Positions 46,356-56,917 are shown, counted from the stretch's first letter. The stretch: DNA of 61,200 nt from Chloroflexota bacterium (GCA_021814145.1 JAKAIY010000003.1:1-61200), one strand, 5' to 3'. Translations and numbers: made by a program. The notes: generated from the letters alone by a model not told the origin.

Positions 46356-47008
46356 GCGTTGTCTCCTTCCTCACGCAGGTACAGCTCGCGGAACTGCTCG
46401 CGCGCCCGGCTGAGCGTCATGCGCGCCGCCGTTCCCGAGACGCCCAGCGCCTGCGCCACCTCGGCGCAGCTCAGGCCGTAGACCTCGCGCAGGCAGAGCG
46501 CGGCCCGCCGCTGGGGCGTCAGCCGCAGGAGCGTCGCGCGCACCTGATCGCGCTCCGCCAGCCGCCCCGCCGGGTCGCTCATCTCCGGCCCGCGCTCGGT
46601 GAGGAAGGCCACTTCACCCGACCGTGTCTTGCGGCGAGCAAGCGCACTGAGCCCCAGGTTCGTCGCGACGCGAAAGAGCCAGCCGCGCGGGCTCTCATAG
46701 CCGCGCACCTGGTTGAACCGCTGCCAGGCGCGCAGGAACACCTCCTGCGTCAGGTCGTAGGCGTTCTGCTCATCTCCAGTCAGGCGCCAGAGGTAGTTGA
46801 GGATCGCGCGCTCATGCTCACGCACGAAGGCGTCATAGTCTCCTGTGGAGTCGGATTGCCTGATGGCCGGCGCCGCGCGGCGCTCGCGCTCACCCCCTGG
46901 CGGCGGCGCGCCCGCATCCACCAGCGTGAGGAGCCACGCCAGCCCGCGCGGCCAGCCATGCGCCCCTGTGAGCGCCTTCACTGGCCCCCATTTCCACGCC
47001 TGCGCCAT
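46352..47008 (-). CDS. ECF RNA polymerase sigma factor
   Basis: Region 2 AYDLTQEVFLRAW...WLFRVATN; region 4 GLSCAEVAQALG...LSRAR. Start uncertain. Confidence 0.92.
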   Translation of the reverse strand: MAQAWKWGPVKALTGAHGWPRGLAWLLTLVDAGAPPPGGERERRAAPAIRQSDSTGDYDAFVREHERAILNYLWRLTGDEQNAYDLTQEVFLRAWQRFNQVRGYESPRGWLFRVATNLGLSALARRKTRSGEVAFLTERGPEMSDPAGRLAERDQVRATLLRLTPQRRAALCLREVYGLSCAEVAQALGVSGTAARMTLSRAREQFRELYLREEGDNA

Positions 47009-47323
47009 CAGCAAACCCGCTTTCTATCTTCCTCGCGCCAGCCATCTTCCGCCCGTCTCCCAGCGCATACACCTAACACTCGCCATACGCCGCGGATGTA
47101 ACATCACGCGCTCCCCGCCATTTATGGCCGCGTCCCTTTCCCGGAGCCGCTTACGGGCCGCGTTCCGCCCATGTGCTATACTGCCCGCGAACATGTGAGA
47201 CTGCTCAATGGCGCGCAGCCGCGGACCGCCTCCGCGACGCGCCCGCCTCCAGCGCGAGCGTCCCGGCGTCAGGATTGCGGGGCGGCGCGCGGGAGTCCTC
47301 TGGGGAGGCGAGGGAGTGACCAT

Positions 47324-47902
47324 ATGACAACACGTATTATCATCGCCGAGGATGACTCGGTGATTCGCATGGATTTGCGCGAGGAGCTGCAACGCCAGGG
47401 GTATCTGGTCGTGGGTGACGTGGGTGACGGGCAGAGCGCCGTCAACCTCGCGCGCGAGCTGCGGCCCGATCTGGTGCTGATGGACATCCGCATGCCGGAG
47501 ATGGACGGCATCGAGGCGGCGCGCATCCTGACCAGCGAGCGTCTCGCTCCGGCTGTGCTGCTGACCGCGTTCAGCGATGACGAGCTGATCGAGCGCGCGC
47601 GTGAAGCGGGAGTGGTCGCCTACATTACCAAGCCCTGGAAGCAGAGCGACCTCAAGCCGGCGATTGAGATCGCCCTCTCGCGCTTCCAGGAATTCCGCGA
47701 GATGGAGTCGCAGGTCAAGACGCTCGAAGACCAGCTCGCTACCCGCAAGGTGGTTGAGAAGGCCAAGGGCGTGCTGATGACCAAGCTCAACCTCACTGAG
47801 CAGGAAGCCTTCCGCCGCATCCAGAAACTCAGCATGAACAACCGCAAGTCCATGCGTGAGGTGGCTGAGGCGATCCTGCTGGCCGAAGAGCTGGGCGGCT
47901 AG
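47324..47902 (+). CDS. REC-ANTAR response regulator (PdtaR-like)
   Basis: IAEDD, LMDIRMP, TAF, KP; ANTAR motif RKVVEKAKGVLM...EAFRRIQKLSMNNRKSM. Confidence 0.93.
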   Translation: MTTRIIIAEDDSVIRMDLREELQRQGYLVVGDVGDGQSAVNLARELRPDLVLMDIRMPEMDGIEAARILTSERLAPAVLLTAFSDDELIERAREAGVVAYITKPWKQSDLKPAIEIALSRFQEFREMESQVKTLEDQLATRKVVEKAKGVLMTKLNLTEQEAFRRIQKLSMNNRKSMREVAEAILLAEELGG

Positions 47903-47963
47903 GCGTCCCCAGCTTCGCCGCCCTGGCGCGGCATGAGTTTCAGATACCAGGCGGGACTGTTCT

Positions 47964-48920
47964 ATGTCATCCACCACCCCTACGCCGGAAGGCGCTGTGG
48001 GCGCGACGGCGCATGTCGTCGGTGTCCGCTTCCGCCCGACCAGCCGCATCCACTATTATGACCCCGCTGGCTTCGACCTGAAGCCCGGCCAGTGGGTGAT
48101 CGTCGAGACGGCCAAGGGGGTCGAGTGTGGCCGTGTCGTTATCGCGCCCCGGCAGGTGGAGGCCGCCGAGCTGGGCGGCGAGCCGCTCAAGCCCGTCAAG
48201 CGCGTCGCCACGGAGGATGACTTACGACAGATGCTAGACTTCAAGACGCGCGAGAAGGCGGCGCTGCGGCGCTGCGCCGAGCGTGTCGAGTCGCACGGGC
48301 TGCCGATGAAGCTGGTCGAGGCGGAATACACCTTCGATGGCGCCCGGCTGACCTTCTACTTCGCCGCTGAGGAACGGGTAGACTTCCGCGCGCTGGTGCG
48401 CGACCTCGCCGCGCAGTTCCACACGCGCATCGAGCTGCGCCAGATCGGCGCGCGCGACCACGCCAAGCTGCTCGGCGGCGTCGGCAGGTGCGGCAAGACG
48501 CTCTGCTGTAGCTCCTGGCTGACGGAGTTCAATGTCGTCTCGATCAAGATGGCCAAGGAGCAGGGATTGCCGCTCAACGCCAACAAAATCTCCGGCCTCT
48601 GCGGGCGGCTGCTCTGTTGCCTGGCCTATGAGAACGACGACTACATCGCCGCCAAGGCCGAGATGCCCGATTACAACGAGATTGTCTCCACTCCGAGCGG
48701 GCCAGGGCGCGTTGTCGGCATCAACGTCCCGCGCGAGTCCGTGGAGGTGATGCTGCAGAGCGGCGCGGTCATCACCGTCCCCGTGCGCGAGATCGAGGGC
48801 TACCAGCGCCAGCCCGACCCGCCCGCGCGCCCTGGCTCTGGCGGCTGCGGCAAGCCCAACTGCCGCCACGGCCAGCATGGAGCCCGGCCCACCACCCCCG
48901 ACCGCAGCGAACTGAACTGA
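47964..48920 (+). CDS. ricT: PSP1-domain / RicT (YaaT) Fe-S protein
   Basis: RVDFRALVRDLA, RIELRQIGARD, GRCGKTLCC, KISGLCGRLLCCLAYE. Confidence 0.9.
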   Translation: MSSTTPTPEGAVGATAHVVGVRFRPTSRIHYYDPAGFDLKPGQWVIVETAKGVECGRVVIAPRQVEAAELGGEPLKPVKRVATEDDLRQMLDFKTREKAALRRCAERVESHGLPMKLVEAEYTFDGARLTFYFAAEERVDFRALVRDLAAQFHTRIELRQIGARDHAKLLGGVGRCGKTLCCSSWLTEFNVVSIKMAKEQGLPLNANKISGLCGRLLCCLAYENDDYIAAKAEMPDYNEIVSTPSGPGRVVGINVPRESVEVMLQSGAVITVPVREIEGYQRQPDPPARPGSGGCGKPNCRHGQHGARPTTPDRSELN

Positions 48921-49272
48921 TGATCGCGGGAACTTGCGCCGGCATTGGTGAATCGCGCATGGTCCCGTCGCGGGAGGTATGCTCTCGCCATCCCCCAACA
49001 GCCCAGGTAGTCCCGCCAGAGCCGCCCAGCGGCCTTGCGCTTTGCGCGTCGCCACAGCGCCTTTTTGCGCGCCTTCATGCCCCAGGCGGCCATGCTGGCG
49101 AACATCAGGAGCCATAGCGTGACCACCCCACCGAGCGCGATGGCGGCGCCACTCCGGGTGGGCGGAACGGGACGAAGAGCGCCTGTTCATGGCCGTGGCA
49201 TGCCCTCTGCTAGAGGATCGTGAGGGGCTTGCCAATATCGCGCGGCTGGCTCCCATCAGGAAGGAAACCGTG

Positions 49273-49701
49273 ATGCGAGATGTTTGTCTGGATGATTTAA
49301 TCGAGATACGAGAAGTCAGCGGATTTGAGCGTCTGGAGCTTCGTGACCAGACGAGCTGGATAGACCTGACCATCGAGCCAGGCGAGCGCGAAGCGCTCAT
49401 GATCGCGGGGCCGCCGGAGACCCGCGCCCGGATCAGGAGCGAAGTCCGGGCGGGTACGCTCACGATTGCGCTGGAGGAACGCTTCGCGCAAAAGCTGCGC
49501 AACGCCCTCATCACCAGTCGGTCGCGGCGGAGCGTCCGGTATCACCTGACCGCGAGGCGGCTCACGACCGTGACTGTGTTCGGCGCGGCCCCTATGGTCC
49601 ACGTCAACGTCAACGCCTTTGGCGCGGAGAAGCCAGCGATCACCTACGTCGGAGCGGCGCCTTGCGGCATGCCCATGCCGTCCATAACCTCCCTGACATA
49701 G
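49273..49701 (+). CDS. Hypothetical protein, DUF2807/GIN-like fragment
   Basis: REVSGFERLEL...LTIEPGEREALMI...SEVRAGTLTI resembles the DUF2807 N-terminus; AAGGA RBS. Confidence 0.5.
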   Translation: MRDVCLDDLIEIREVSGFERLELRDQTSWIDLTIEPGEREALMIAGPPETRARIRSEVRAGTLTIALEERFAQKLRNALITSRSRRSVRYHLTARRLTTVTVFGAAPMVHVNVNAFGAEKPAITYVGAAPCGMPMPSITSLT

Positions 49702-49799
49702 CTGGGCAGCCGTGAAAGCCGCTCCCGCCCAGCGTCCTCCGCCACAGCGCCGTCACGCTGAAACAGGCGTGTATTGGGGCGATCCGGCCCGCTCGCCCG

Positions 49800-51479
49800 C
49801 TACGAGGCCGTTGAGGGCGCGGAGGAAGGCTCGGCGCTCTCCGCACGGGCGGGGATCAGGCTCATGGCGTACTCCGCCAGGGCCGCGATGGTCAGGCTGG
49901 GGTTGATGCCTGGATTGCCCGGCACAATTGAGCCATCAACAACGTACAGGCCCGGATAGTGATGCGCCTGGAAATCGAGCCCTACGACGCCTTCCTCCGC
50001 GCTGGCGCCAAACGGGCATCCGCCGAGCATGTGCGCGCTGACGGGGCTGCCCAGAACCCCTTCGGTAATCGAGCCGAGCGGAAACCCGTCCACCTGGCGG
50101 GCGAAGCTACGCGCGACGGCATGCGCGGGCGAGGGCGAAACGGCCTGCGCGTCAGGAGAGCTGGACGAAGCGGAGACCAGGCCCCGGCGAAACAGTGTCC
50201 AGGGCGAGCGCCCCAGCCGCATATGGATGTGGACATCAATGGAGCGCATCACCAGCAGGATGGTCGTGTGACGCGCCCAGTCCCGCCCGAAGTAGACGCT
50301 CGCGTACCGCACGGGATGGCGCAGCAATGCGCCGAGCGACCGCAGCAGCCGGACCGGGGCGGGTCCTTCAGGCACGAGCGGCCAGGCCAGCAACCGCATC
50401 AGGGAGGAGCCAGCCGGATAGCGCACCGGCTCGACCGACGTCACCTCGTCCGGCCGGAAAAGGGAGGTAATGGCCACCCCTGTAGAATAGTCCGTATGCT
50501 GATGACGGCTCACCACCCCCAGCAGTGACTCGCCATTGGCGCGCACCCGCTCGCCCAGCCGCGGCGATAGCTTCGGGAGGGAATGGGTGAGGTCACGGCA
50601 GCGCAACAGCAGGCGCAGCGTGCCGAGAGTTCCGGCGGCGACGATCACGTTGCGGGCGCGGAGAGGATAGGAGCGTTTCCCCACCCAAGCCGTCGAGCGG
50701 CGGGCCAGCACCTCATAGCGCGCGCCATCCGGCTCGTGGTCTGACAGCGGGCGGATATCACGCGCCTCGCTCTCTGGCTGGACCAGCGCGCCGAGCCGCT
50801 CCGCCAGGTACAGGTAGTTCTTGTCGAGCGAATTCTTGGCGTTATGGCGGCAGCCCACCATGCAGCCGCCACAGCTCAGGCAGGCGTTGCGCGCGGGGCC
50901 AGCGCCCGCGAAGTAGGGGTCCGGCGCTTCCTCGCCAGGCCGGTCCGGGTCGCCAAAATAGACGCCGACATCGGCGCGCGTAAAAGTCGGGGCGCGGCCC
51001 AGCTCGCCAGCGACAGCGCGCATGGCGGTGTCCGCTGGCGTGGGGCGCGGATTAGGCGTGACGCCGAGCATGCGCCGGGCGGTCGCGAAATGGGGCCGCA
51101 AGAGGGTGCGCCAGTCCGCGTGCTGGCTCCAGTCCCCGGTCGCGAAGAACTCCGCCGCCGGCTCCATCAGGACATTGGCGTAGCCAAGACTGCCGCCGCC
51201 CACGCCGCTGCCGTGCAGGGCAAGGACATCGCGGAAAGGGCTGATCTGCAGAATGCCAAAGCAGCGCAGCGCCGGAGCCCACAAGTATTTGCGGAGCCGC
51301 CAGTTCGTGCGGGCGAAGTCCCGCGCGGTGTAGCGCTTGCCGCGCTCCAGCGTGAGCACACGGTAGCCTTTCTCCGCCAGTCGCAGCGCGGAGACGCTGC
51401 CGCCAAAGCCGGAGCCAATGATGATGTAATCGAATGGGCCGCCGTGGTCTGGGTCAGCCGGGGATGCGCGCCGGGCCAT
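49800..51479 (-). CDS. GMC oxidoreductase, cholesterol oxidase ChoD-like
   Basis: IGSGFGGSVSALRLAEKGY, GVGGGSLGYAN, CLSCGGCMVGC, AHMLGG, NPSLTI. Confidence 0.88.
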   Translation of the reverse strand: MARRASPADPDHGGPFDYIIIGSGFGGSVSALRLAEKGYRVLTLERGKRYTARDFARTNWRLRKYLWAPALRCFGILQISPFRDVLALHGSGVGGGSLGYANVLMEPAAEFFATGDWSQHADWRTLLRPHFATARRMLGVTPNPRPTPADTAMRAVAGELGRAPTFTRADVGVYFGDPDRPGEEAPDPYFAGAGPARNACLSCGGCMVGCRHNAKNSLDKNYLYLAERLGALVQPESEARDIRPLSDHEPDGARYEVLARRSTAWVGKRSYPLRARNVIVAAGTLGTLRLLLRCRDLTHSLPKLSPRLGERVRANGESLLGVVSRHQHTDYSTGVAITSLFRPDEVTSVEPVRYPAGSSLMRLLAWPLVPEGPAPVRLLRSLGALLRHPVRYASVYFGRDWARHTTILLVMRSIDVHIHMRLGRSPWTLFRRGLVSASSSSPDAQAVSPSPAHAVARSFARQVDGFPLGSITEGVLGSPVSAHMLGGCPFGASAEEGVVGLDFQAHHYPGLYVVDGSIVPGNPGINPSLTIAALAEYAMSLIPARAESAEPSSAPSTAS

Positions 51480-51756
51480 GCGTGTCTCCTGTCTCGCTGG
51501 CGCGGCGCCCGTCGGGGTGGCGCTCGCTGGCGATCCGCGCAATCGCGTGACACGGTTATTGTGCCACGCGCGCCGCTTGTCCCTGGTCACAGATACGTCA
51601 CAGGCGGGGAAGAAGCGCGCCAGGCGGCGCAAGCCCAAAACGCGCGCGCCCATGATCTGGATATGGCTGAGGCGCCCAGGGTGGCGCCAAAGTCGCGCAC
51701 AACGGCGCATGGCGGCTCAAGCCGCGCCCGCGCAGAGAGATGGGAGGCGTAGCTTC

Positions 51757-53097
51757 ATGGACGGCACACTGCTGTTCGAGGGCGCCATCATACTGGCGCT
51801 GATCCTGTTCAATGGCGTCTTCGCCGCCTCAGAGATCGCCGTGGTATCCGCCCGGCGGAGCCGCCTGGAGCAGCGCGCCCAGGCGGGCCAGCGTGGCGCC
51901 CGTCAGGCGCTCGATCTCGTCGAGCATCCCGACCGCTTCCTTGCCACCGTGCAGGTTGGCATCACGCTCATCAGCACGCTCGCTTCCGCGTTCGGCGGCG
52001 CCCGCCTGAGCGCCGCGCTGGCGGGCGCGCTGCAGCAAATACCCGCCATCGCGCCCTGGGCCGGTGGCGTCGCGTTCGCCATCGTCGTCCTGCTGATCAC
52101 CTACTTCTCACTCGTTCTCGGCGAGCTGATTCCCAAGCACATCGCGCTCAGCCACGCTGACGGCATCGCCACGCGCGTCTCCCCAGCGATGAACGCGCTC
52201 GCACGGGCCGCCCGCCCGGTGGTCGCCCTGCTCACCGGCTCCGTCAACCTCGGCCTCCGCATACTTGGCCAGGCGGGCGCCCGCGCCGCGCCGCTCACCG
52301 AGGAGGATATCGTCTACCTGATCCATGAAGGCGCCATCGGTGGCGCGGTCGAAGAGCAGGAGGAGCGGCTCATCCGCCGGGTCTTCCGCTTCACCGACCG
52401 CCGGGTAGAGCAGATCATGACCCCGCGCGCGGATATCGTCGCCATTGACATCGAAGAGCCCCTCGACGCTATCCGCGAGCGCTTCCTCACCTCCGGCCAC
52501 AGCCGTTTGCCCGTCTATGAGGACTCGCTCGACGAGGTGCGCGGCGTGCTCTTTGCCCACGACCTGCTGCGCGAGCGGCCCGCCGGGGAGCCACTGGATA
52601 TTCGCGCGCTGCTGCGCCCCGCGCTCTTCGTCACCGAGCGCCAGCACATTGACGACCTGCTCGCCACTTTCCAGCGCGAGGGCGCGCAGGTCGCGTTCGC
52701 TGTGGATGAATACGGGCAGATTTCCGGCCTCGTGACCCTCCAGGATGTGCTCGAAGAGCTGGTCGGCGAGATCAAGAGCGAGTATGGCGAGGAGGGAGGG
52801 GCCATTCGCCGCCTGGATGATGGCTCCTGGATGGTGAATGGCGGGACGGACTGGGAAACTGTTCACGAACAGGTGGGCTTGCCGGAGATCCCGCCTGATG
52901 AGGTGGATGAATACACCACCATCGGCGGCCTCATCCTCACCCGCCTCGGGCGCATTCCCAGCGAGGGCGACACCGTGAGCGACGGCGATTTTACGCTCGA
53001 AGTCGTGGATATGGATGGCCGTCGCATAGACAAGGTGCGCATCCAGCGCATCCCGTCAGCGGAGAAAATGGCGGGGGCCGAGACGGAGGAGCGCTGA
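51757..53097 (+). CDS. Hemolysin-family CNNM-CBS-CorC protein (second copy)
   Basis: NGVFAASEIAVVS, GELIPK, IMTPR, HSRLPV, VDEYG, VDMDGRRIDKV. Confidence 0.92.
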   Translation: MDGTLLFEGAIILALILFNGVFAASEIAVVSARRSRLEQRAQAGQRGARQALDLVEHPDRFLATVQVGITLISTLASAFGGARLSAALAGALQQIPAIAPWAGGVAFAIVVLLITYFSLVLGELIPKHIALSHADGIATRVSPAMNALARAARPVVALLTGSVNLGLRILGQAGARAAPLTEEDIVYLIHEGAIGGAVEEQEERLIRRVFRFTDRRVEQIMTPRADIVAIDIEEPLDAIRERFLTSGHSRLPVYEDSLDEVRGVLFAHDLLRERPAGEPLDIRALLRPALFVTERQHIDDLLATFQREGAQVAFAVDEYGQISGLVTLQDVLEELVGEIKSEYGEEGGAIRRLDDGSWMVNGGTDWETVHEQVGLPEIPPDEVDEYTTIGGLILTRLGRIPSEGDTVSDGDFTLEVVDMDGRRIDKVRIQRIPSAEKMAGAETEER

Positions 53098-53215
53098 GCG
53101 GGGCCACGCCACATGGCTCAGCTCAGCGCCCCAGCCCGGCGGATGGCCGGCGAAACACGTTCCCAGGCTCTCGCGCCGGAGCGCGCATGCGTGATAAGGC
53201 CGGAAGCCTCCCGCC

Positions 53216-54535
53216 TCAGAACATCTCTTCGCCCCAGAGCAGCTCGACCTTGCCGAAGGCGACGGTGTCGCCAGGCTGGACGCCAGCGTCTTCGAGCGCC
53301 TGGAGAACGCCCAGCTTGCGCAGCTGCGCCTCCATCCGCTCCATACCCTCCACACTCGCGGGGTTGGTCATCGCTACCAGGCGCTCGATGCGCTTGCCCC
53401 GCACGCGGAAGCCCCCCGGCATGCGCTCGATGGTGTAGGTGTCCTCTGGCTGGGGGCGCAGCGTTGGTCCGGTCGCGGCGACAGCCGCCATGGGCTGGCG
53501 GGCGAGCGCCTCAGCCTCGTCGCGGCGCATCTCGATCAGCCGCTGCGAGGTCAGGTTGAGCAGCTCCTGTACCCCCTCATTCGTGGCGGCGGAGATAGCG
53601 ACCGCCGGGTAGCCTTCCTCCTCGGCGCGCCGCTTGAGCGCGGGCCAGCGGTCGCGCGCCTCGGCCAGGTCCATCTTGGTCAGCACGATGATCTGCGGGC
53701 GCCCCGCCAGGCTGTGGTCATATTCCTCAAGCTCACGGTTGATGGCCTCGAACTCCTCCCACGGGTCTTTTTCCGAGATGCCGTCAATCAGGTGCAGCAG
53801 CAGGCGGCAGCGCTCGACGTGGCGCAGGAACTCGTACCCCAGGCCAACGCCTTCCGCCGCGCCCTCGATCAGGCCGGGGATGTCAGCGACCACAAAGCTA
53901 TAGTCGTCGCCGCGCGCCGGATCACCGATGATCGCCACGCCCAGGTTAGGGGTCAGCGTGGTGAAAGGATATTCAGCGATCTTGGGGCGCGCGGCGGTGA
54001 TAACCGAGAGCAGGGTAGACTTGCCCGCGTTGGGATAGCCTACCAGCCCGACATCAGCGATCAGCTTCAGCTCCAGCTCGATCTCGCGCTCTTCGCCCGG
54101 CTCGCCCAGCTGCGCCTCGCGCGGGGCCTGGTTGGTCGCGGTAGCGAAGTGGACGTTGCCCAGCCCGCCGCGCCCGCCGCGCGCCACCATCACCCGCTGC
54201 CCCGGCTCGGTCAGGTCGGCGAGCGTCTCGCCAGTCTCGGCGTCGCGCGCGACAGTGCCCGCCGGGACTTTGAGAATCAGGTCGTCGCCCGCCGCGCCGT
54301 GCATCTCCTGCCGGCCGCCGGAGCCGCCGGAAGTCGCCTTATACCGGGGGTTGTAGTGGTAGTCCACCAGCGTGTTCATGCCGCTGTCGGCTTCCAGGTA
54401 GACGCTGCCGCCGCGTCCGCCGTCGCCGCCATCCGGCCCGCCAAACGGAACATACTTCTCGCGGCGCATGTGGGACGAGCCATTGCCGCCACGCCCGGCC
54501 CGAACAATTATCTTGGCTCGATCATAGAATTGCAT
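53216..54535 (-). CDS. obgE: GTPase ObgE/CgtA
   Basis: GGPDGGDGGRGG, GYPNAGKST, YPFTTL, DIPG, TKMD and C-terminal OCT domain. Confidence 0.97.
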   Translation of the reverse strand: MQFYDRAKIIVRAGRGGNGSSHMRREKYVPFGGPDGGDGGRGGSVYLEADSGMNTLVDYHYNPRYKATSGGSGGRQEMHGAAGDDLILKVPAGTVARDAETGETLADLTEPGQRVMVARGGRGGLGNVHFATATNQAPREAQLGEPGEEREIELELKLIADVGLVGYPNAGKSTLLSVITAARPKIAEYPFTTLTPNLGVAIIGDPARGDDYSFVVADIPGLIEGAAEGVGLGYEFLRHVERCRLLLHLIDGISEKDPWEEFEAINRELEEYDHSLAGRPQIIVLTKMDLAEARDRWPALKRRAEEEGYPAVAISAATNEGVQELLNLTSQRLIEMRRDEAEALARQPMAAVAATGPTLRPQPEDTYTIERMPGGFRVRGKRIERLVAMTNPASVEGMERMEAQLRKLGVLQALEDAGVQPGDTVAFGKVELLWGEEMF

Positions 54536-54680
54536 TGTGTTTCCTTCCTCCCTCCCCCACGCGTCATTCCCGCATGGACGGCGCCGCCATACGACAACGG
54601 GGCGCGCCAGATCAGCGAACCCCGGCGTATCCACCCGCCGAAGAGCCTGATAGCCGCCCCGCGTGATGACGCATGATGTC

Positions 54681-54755
54681 TGGTGGGCCCAGCAGGGATC
54701 GAACCTGCGACGAATCGGTTATGAGCCGACTGCTCTGCCGCTGAGCTATGGGCCC
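54681..54755 (-). tRNA. tRNA with CAT anticodon, most likely tRNA-Ile2
   Basis: GGGCCCATAGCTCAG...GTCGG-CTCATAA-CCGAT...GGTTCGATCC...TGGGCCCACCA. G1-C72 is paired and the anticodon stem lacks three G-C pairs, so it is not the initiator. Confidence 0.9.
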
Positions 54756-54953
54756 GTGCGGCGATAGTGTACCACATTCAGCGCTCGCGCGGGAGGGGAA
54801 AAAGGAGCGGGCGACGCGATGGGCTATACTTGGTGGTGAGCGCGGACAGCGCCTCTGGCGGCGTTGCGCCGGCCCGCGACGGCGGGCTTTGTGGCCGTGA
54901 GGCCTTCAGGCGTGGCTTCAGCCGCCTGCCTGCCGCTCAAGGAGTCGTTTCCG

Positions 54954-55511
54954 ATGATTTACAATGTCTCCCAGTTGATGAAATCGGCCCCCGGCACGAC
55001 ACTGGATGTCGAGCTGGATAATGAGGATGGGCTGGACCTGCGCGAGGGCGAGGCGGATCTGGTGGGTCCGGTGACGGGCCAGTTGCGCATGCACCGCACA
55101 AACCAGGGCATCTACGTGGATGGAATAGTGAGAACGGCGGTGCGCCTGCAATGCACACGCTGCTTGCGCGAGTTCACCCAGGCGCTGGAGTTCCCGCTGC
55201 GTGAGGAGTTTTACCCGACGGTGGATGTCACCAGCGGCGCGCCTGTCTCTGGCCCGCACGACGCCGACGCCTTCGCCATTGACAGCCACCATCAGGTGGA
55301 CCTGCGCGAGCCGATCCGCCAGGCGCTCGTGCTGGCGCTGCCCATGAAGCCGCTGCATAGTGAAGACTGCGCCGGCCTCTGCCCCCGCTGCGGCAAGGAC
55401 CTCAACGACGGCCCGTGCGGCTGCCCGCCGGAGGAGCTCGACGAGCGCTTCACGGCGCTCCGCGCGCTCTTCCCCGACGCTGGGAACGCCGGGGACAATG
55501 AGACGCGCTAG
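54954..55511 (+). CDS. yceD: DUF177 / YceD protein
   Basis: CTRCL; LPMKPLHSEDCAGLCPRCG..LNDGPCGC. Confidence 0.9.
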   Translation: MIYNVSQLMKSAPGTTLDVELDNEDGLDLREGEADLVGPVTGQLRMHRTNQGIYVDGIVRTAVRLQCTRCLREFTQALEFPLREEFYPTVDVTSGAPVSGPHDADAFAIDSHHQVDLREPIRQALVLALPMKPLHSEDCAGLCPRCGKDLNDGPCGCPPEELDERFTALRALFPDAGNAGDNETR

Positions 55512-55841
55512 CGCGCGGACAACGCGCGCGGCGCGAGGTCGGGAACGCCACCGCCCCTGTCCTCGCGCCGCCGGTCTAGGCCGTAGCCATCCCTCACCGC
55601 CGCGGGCGCTATCCTGTAAGGATAAGCGACTTTAAAGAACAAGCGACGATTTTCAGCGGGGTGATGACCACGGCCTGGCCGCCTCTCCGCGCCCACGCCC
55701 CTGGTGGCATGACGCTTGCGCCCCTCACGGTGGGCGCGCCGCGCCCGCTTTCCAGCGCGGTCGCCGAATACGCGCAGCCGGAAAGCGCAACCGGGGGTTC
55801 CGTGCACAGATGAGCTTTGGATGAGGCTCCGGAGAGTGACC

Positions 55842-56246
55842 ATGAACTACGATGAATTCATCGGGCAGGTCCAGCACCGCGCACGCTTGAGCAGCCGCGC
55901 GCACGCGGAACGGGCCACGCGGGCCGTCCTTGAAACGCTGGCCCTGCGGCTAGCTGGCGGCGAGCCAAAGAATCTCGCGTCGCAGCTGCCGCCCGAGATC
56001 GGGCGCTATCTGCTCGAGCCGGACGCAGGCGCCGGAAAACGGTTTGGGCCACGGGAGTTCTATGATCTGGTAGCCATGCGCGAGGGTATTGACATGCCAG
56101 ACGCCGCGCACCATGTGCGCGCGGTGGCCTCGGTGCTGCGCGAGGCCGTTTCACCGGGAGAGTGGCAAAACATGCTGGCGCAATTGCCGCCAGACCTCGA
56201 CCAGTTGATGGAGTCGGGCAGCGAGGGTCAGGGACCCACACCCTAA
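55842..56246 (+). CDS. DUF2267-family protein
   Basis: MNYDEFIGQVQHRA...ATRAVLETLALRL...LASQLP...AQLP. Confidence 0.85.
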   Translation: MNYDEFIGQVQHRARLSSRAHAERATRAVLETLALRLAGGEPKNLASQLPPEIGRYLLEPDAGAGKRFGPREFYDLVAMREGIDMPDAAHHVRAVASVLREAVSPGEWQNMLAQLPPDLDQLMESGSEGQGPTP

Positions 56247-56302
56247 CGCGCTCGCGCGACGGCGAGCGCGCCGGGTCGGCGCCAGTCCGCATGGGTCGCG
56301 GA

Positions 56303-56917
56303 TCAGCGACAGGCGCGCGCCTTTTCCGTCAGCCCTGCCAGCCAGCGCGCCGTCGCGCGCGGCGAGCGCAGACGGATGAAGCGCGCCCCCGCCGCCCCAG
56401 ACAGCGTGGGGATTAGCGGATACTCCCGCTTGTGCTTCGGGCGCTGCTGGATAACCCACAGGAACAGCGACTCGCGGGTGAAAAATTGCTCCCACAGCCG
56501 CTCACGGTTGCCGCTCCACAGCTCGATCCGGGCGAAAGAGCGCCGGACAGTGCGCCGGAAGAGCCGCGCCAGGACGAATGGCAAGGGATAGTCCAGCCAG
56601 ATGAACGCCGTCGCGTGCGGCCAGACCAGATCACGCGACCGCGAATAATTTCCATCCACCACCCAGGCGTCGCCCGCCGTCACTTCCGCCACCCGCTGGC
56701 GAAAGACCTCGTCCGCCGCCATCGTCCAGTTCGGCTCCCAGAATAGCGCGTCCAGCTCGACGTGGCGCGCGTTCAGCGCGCGCGCCAGCGCCGCCGCCAG
56801 CGTCGTCTTGCCCGACCCCGACAGACCCAGCACAACGATCCGGCTCCCCAGCGCCGCCCGCGCCAGGGCGTCAGGCGGCGCTGTTTCCTCCTGGCTCTCC
56901 AGCCCAGGATGCGTCAT
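56303..56917 (-). CDS. P-loop kinase (adenylate kinase-like / FlaR family)
   Basis: GLSGSGKTT, ELDALFW, WVVDGNY, WLDYP. Confidence 0.85.
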   Translation of the reverse strand: MTHPGLESQEETAPPDALARAALGSRIVVLGLSGSGKTTLAAALARALNARHVELDALFWEPNWTMAADEVFRQRVAEVTAGDAWVVDGNYSRSRDLVWPHATAFIWLDYPLPFVLARLFRRTVRRSFARIELWSGNRERLWEQFFTRESLFLWVIQQRPKHKREYPLIPTLSGAAGARFIRLRSPRATARWLAGLTEKARACR

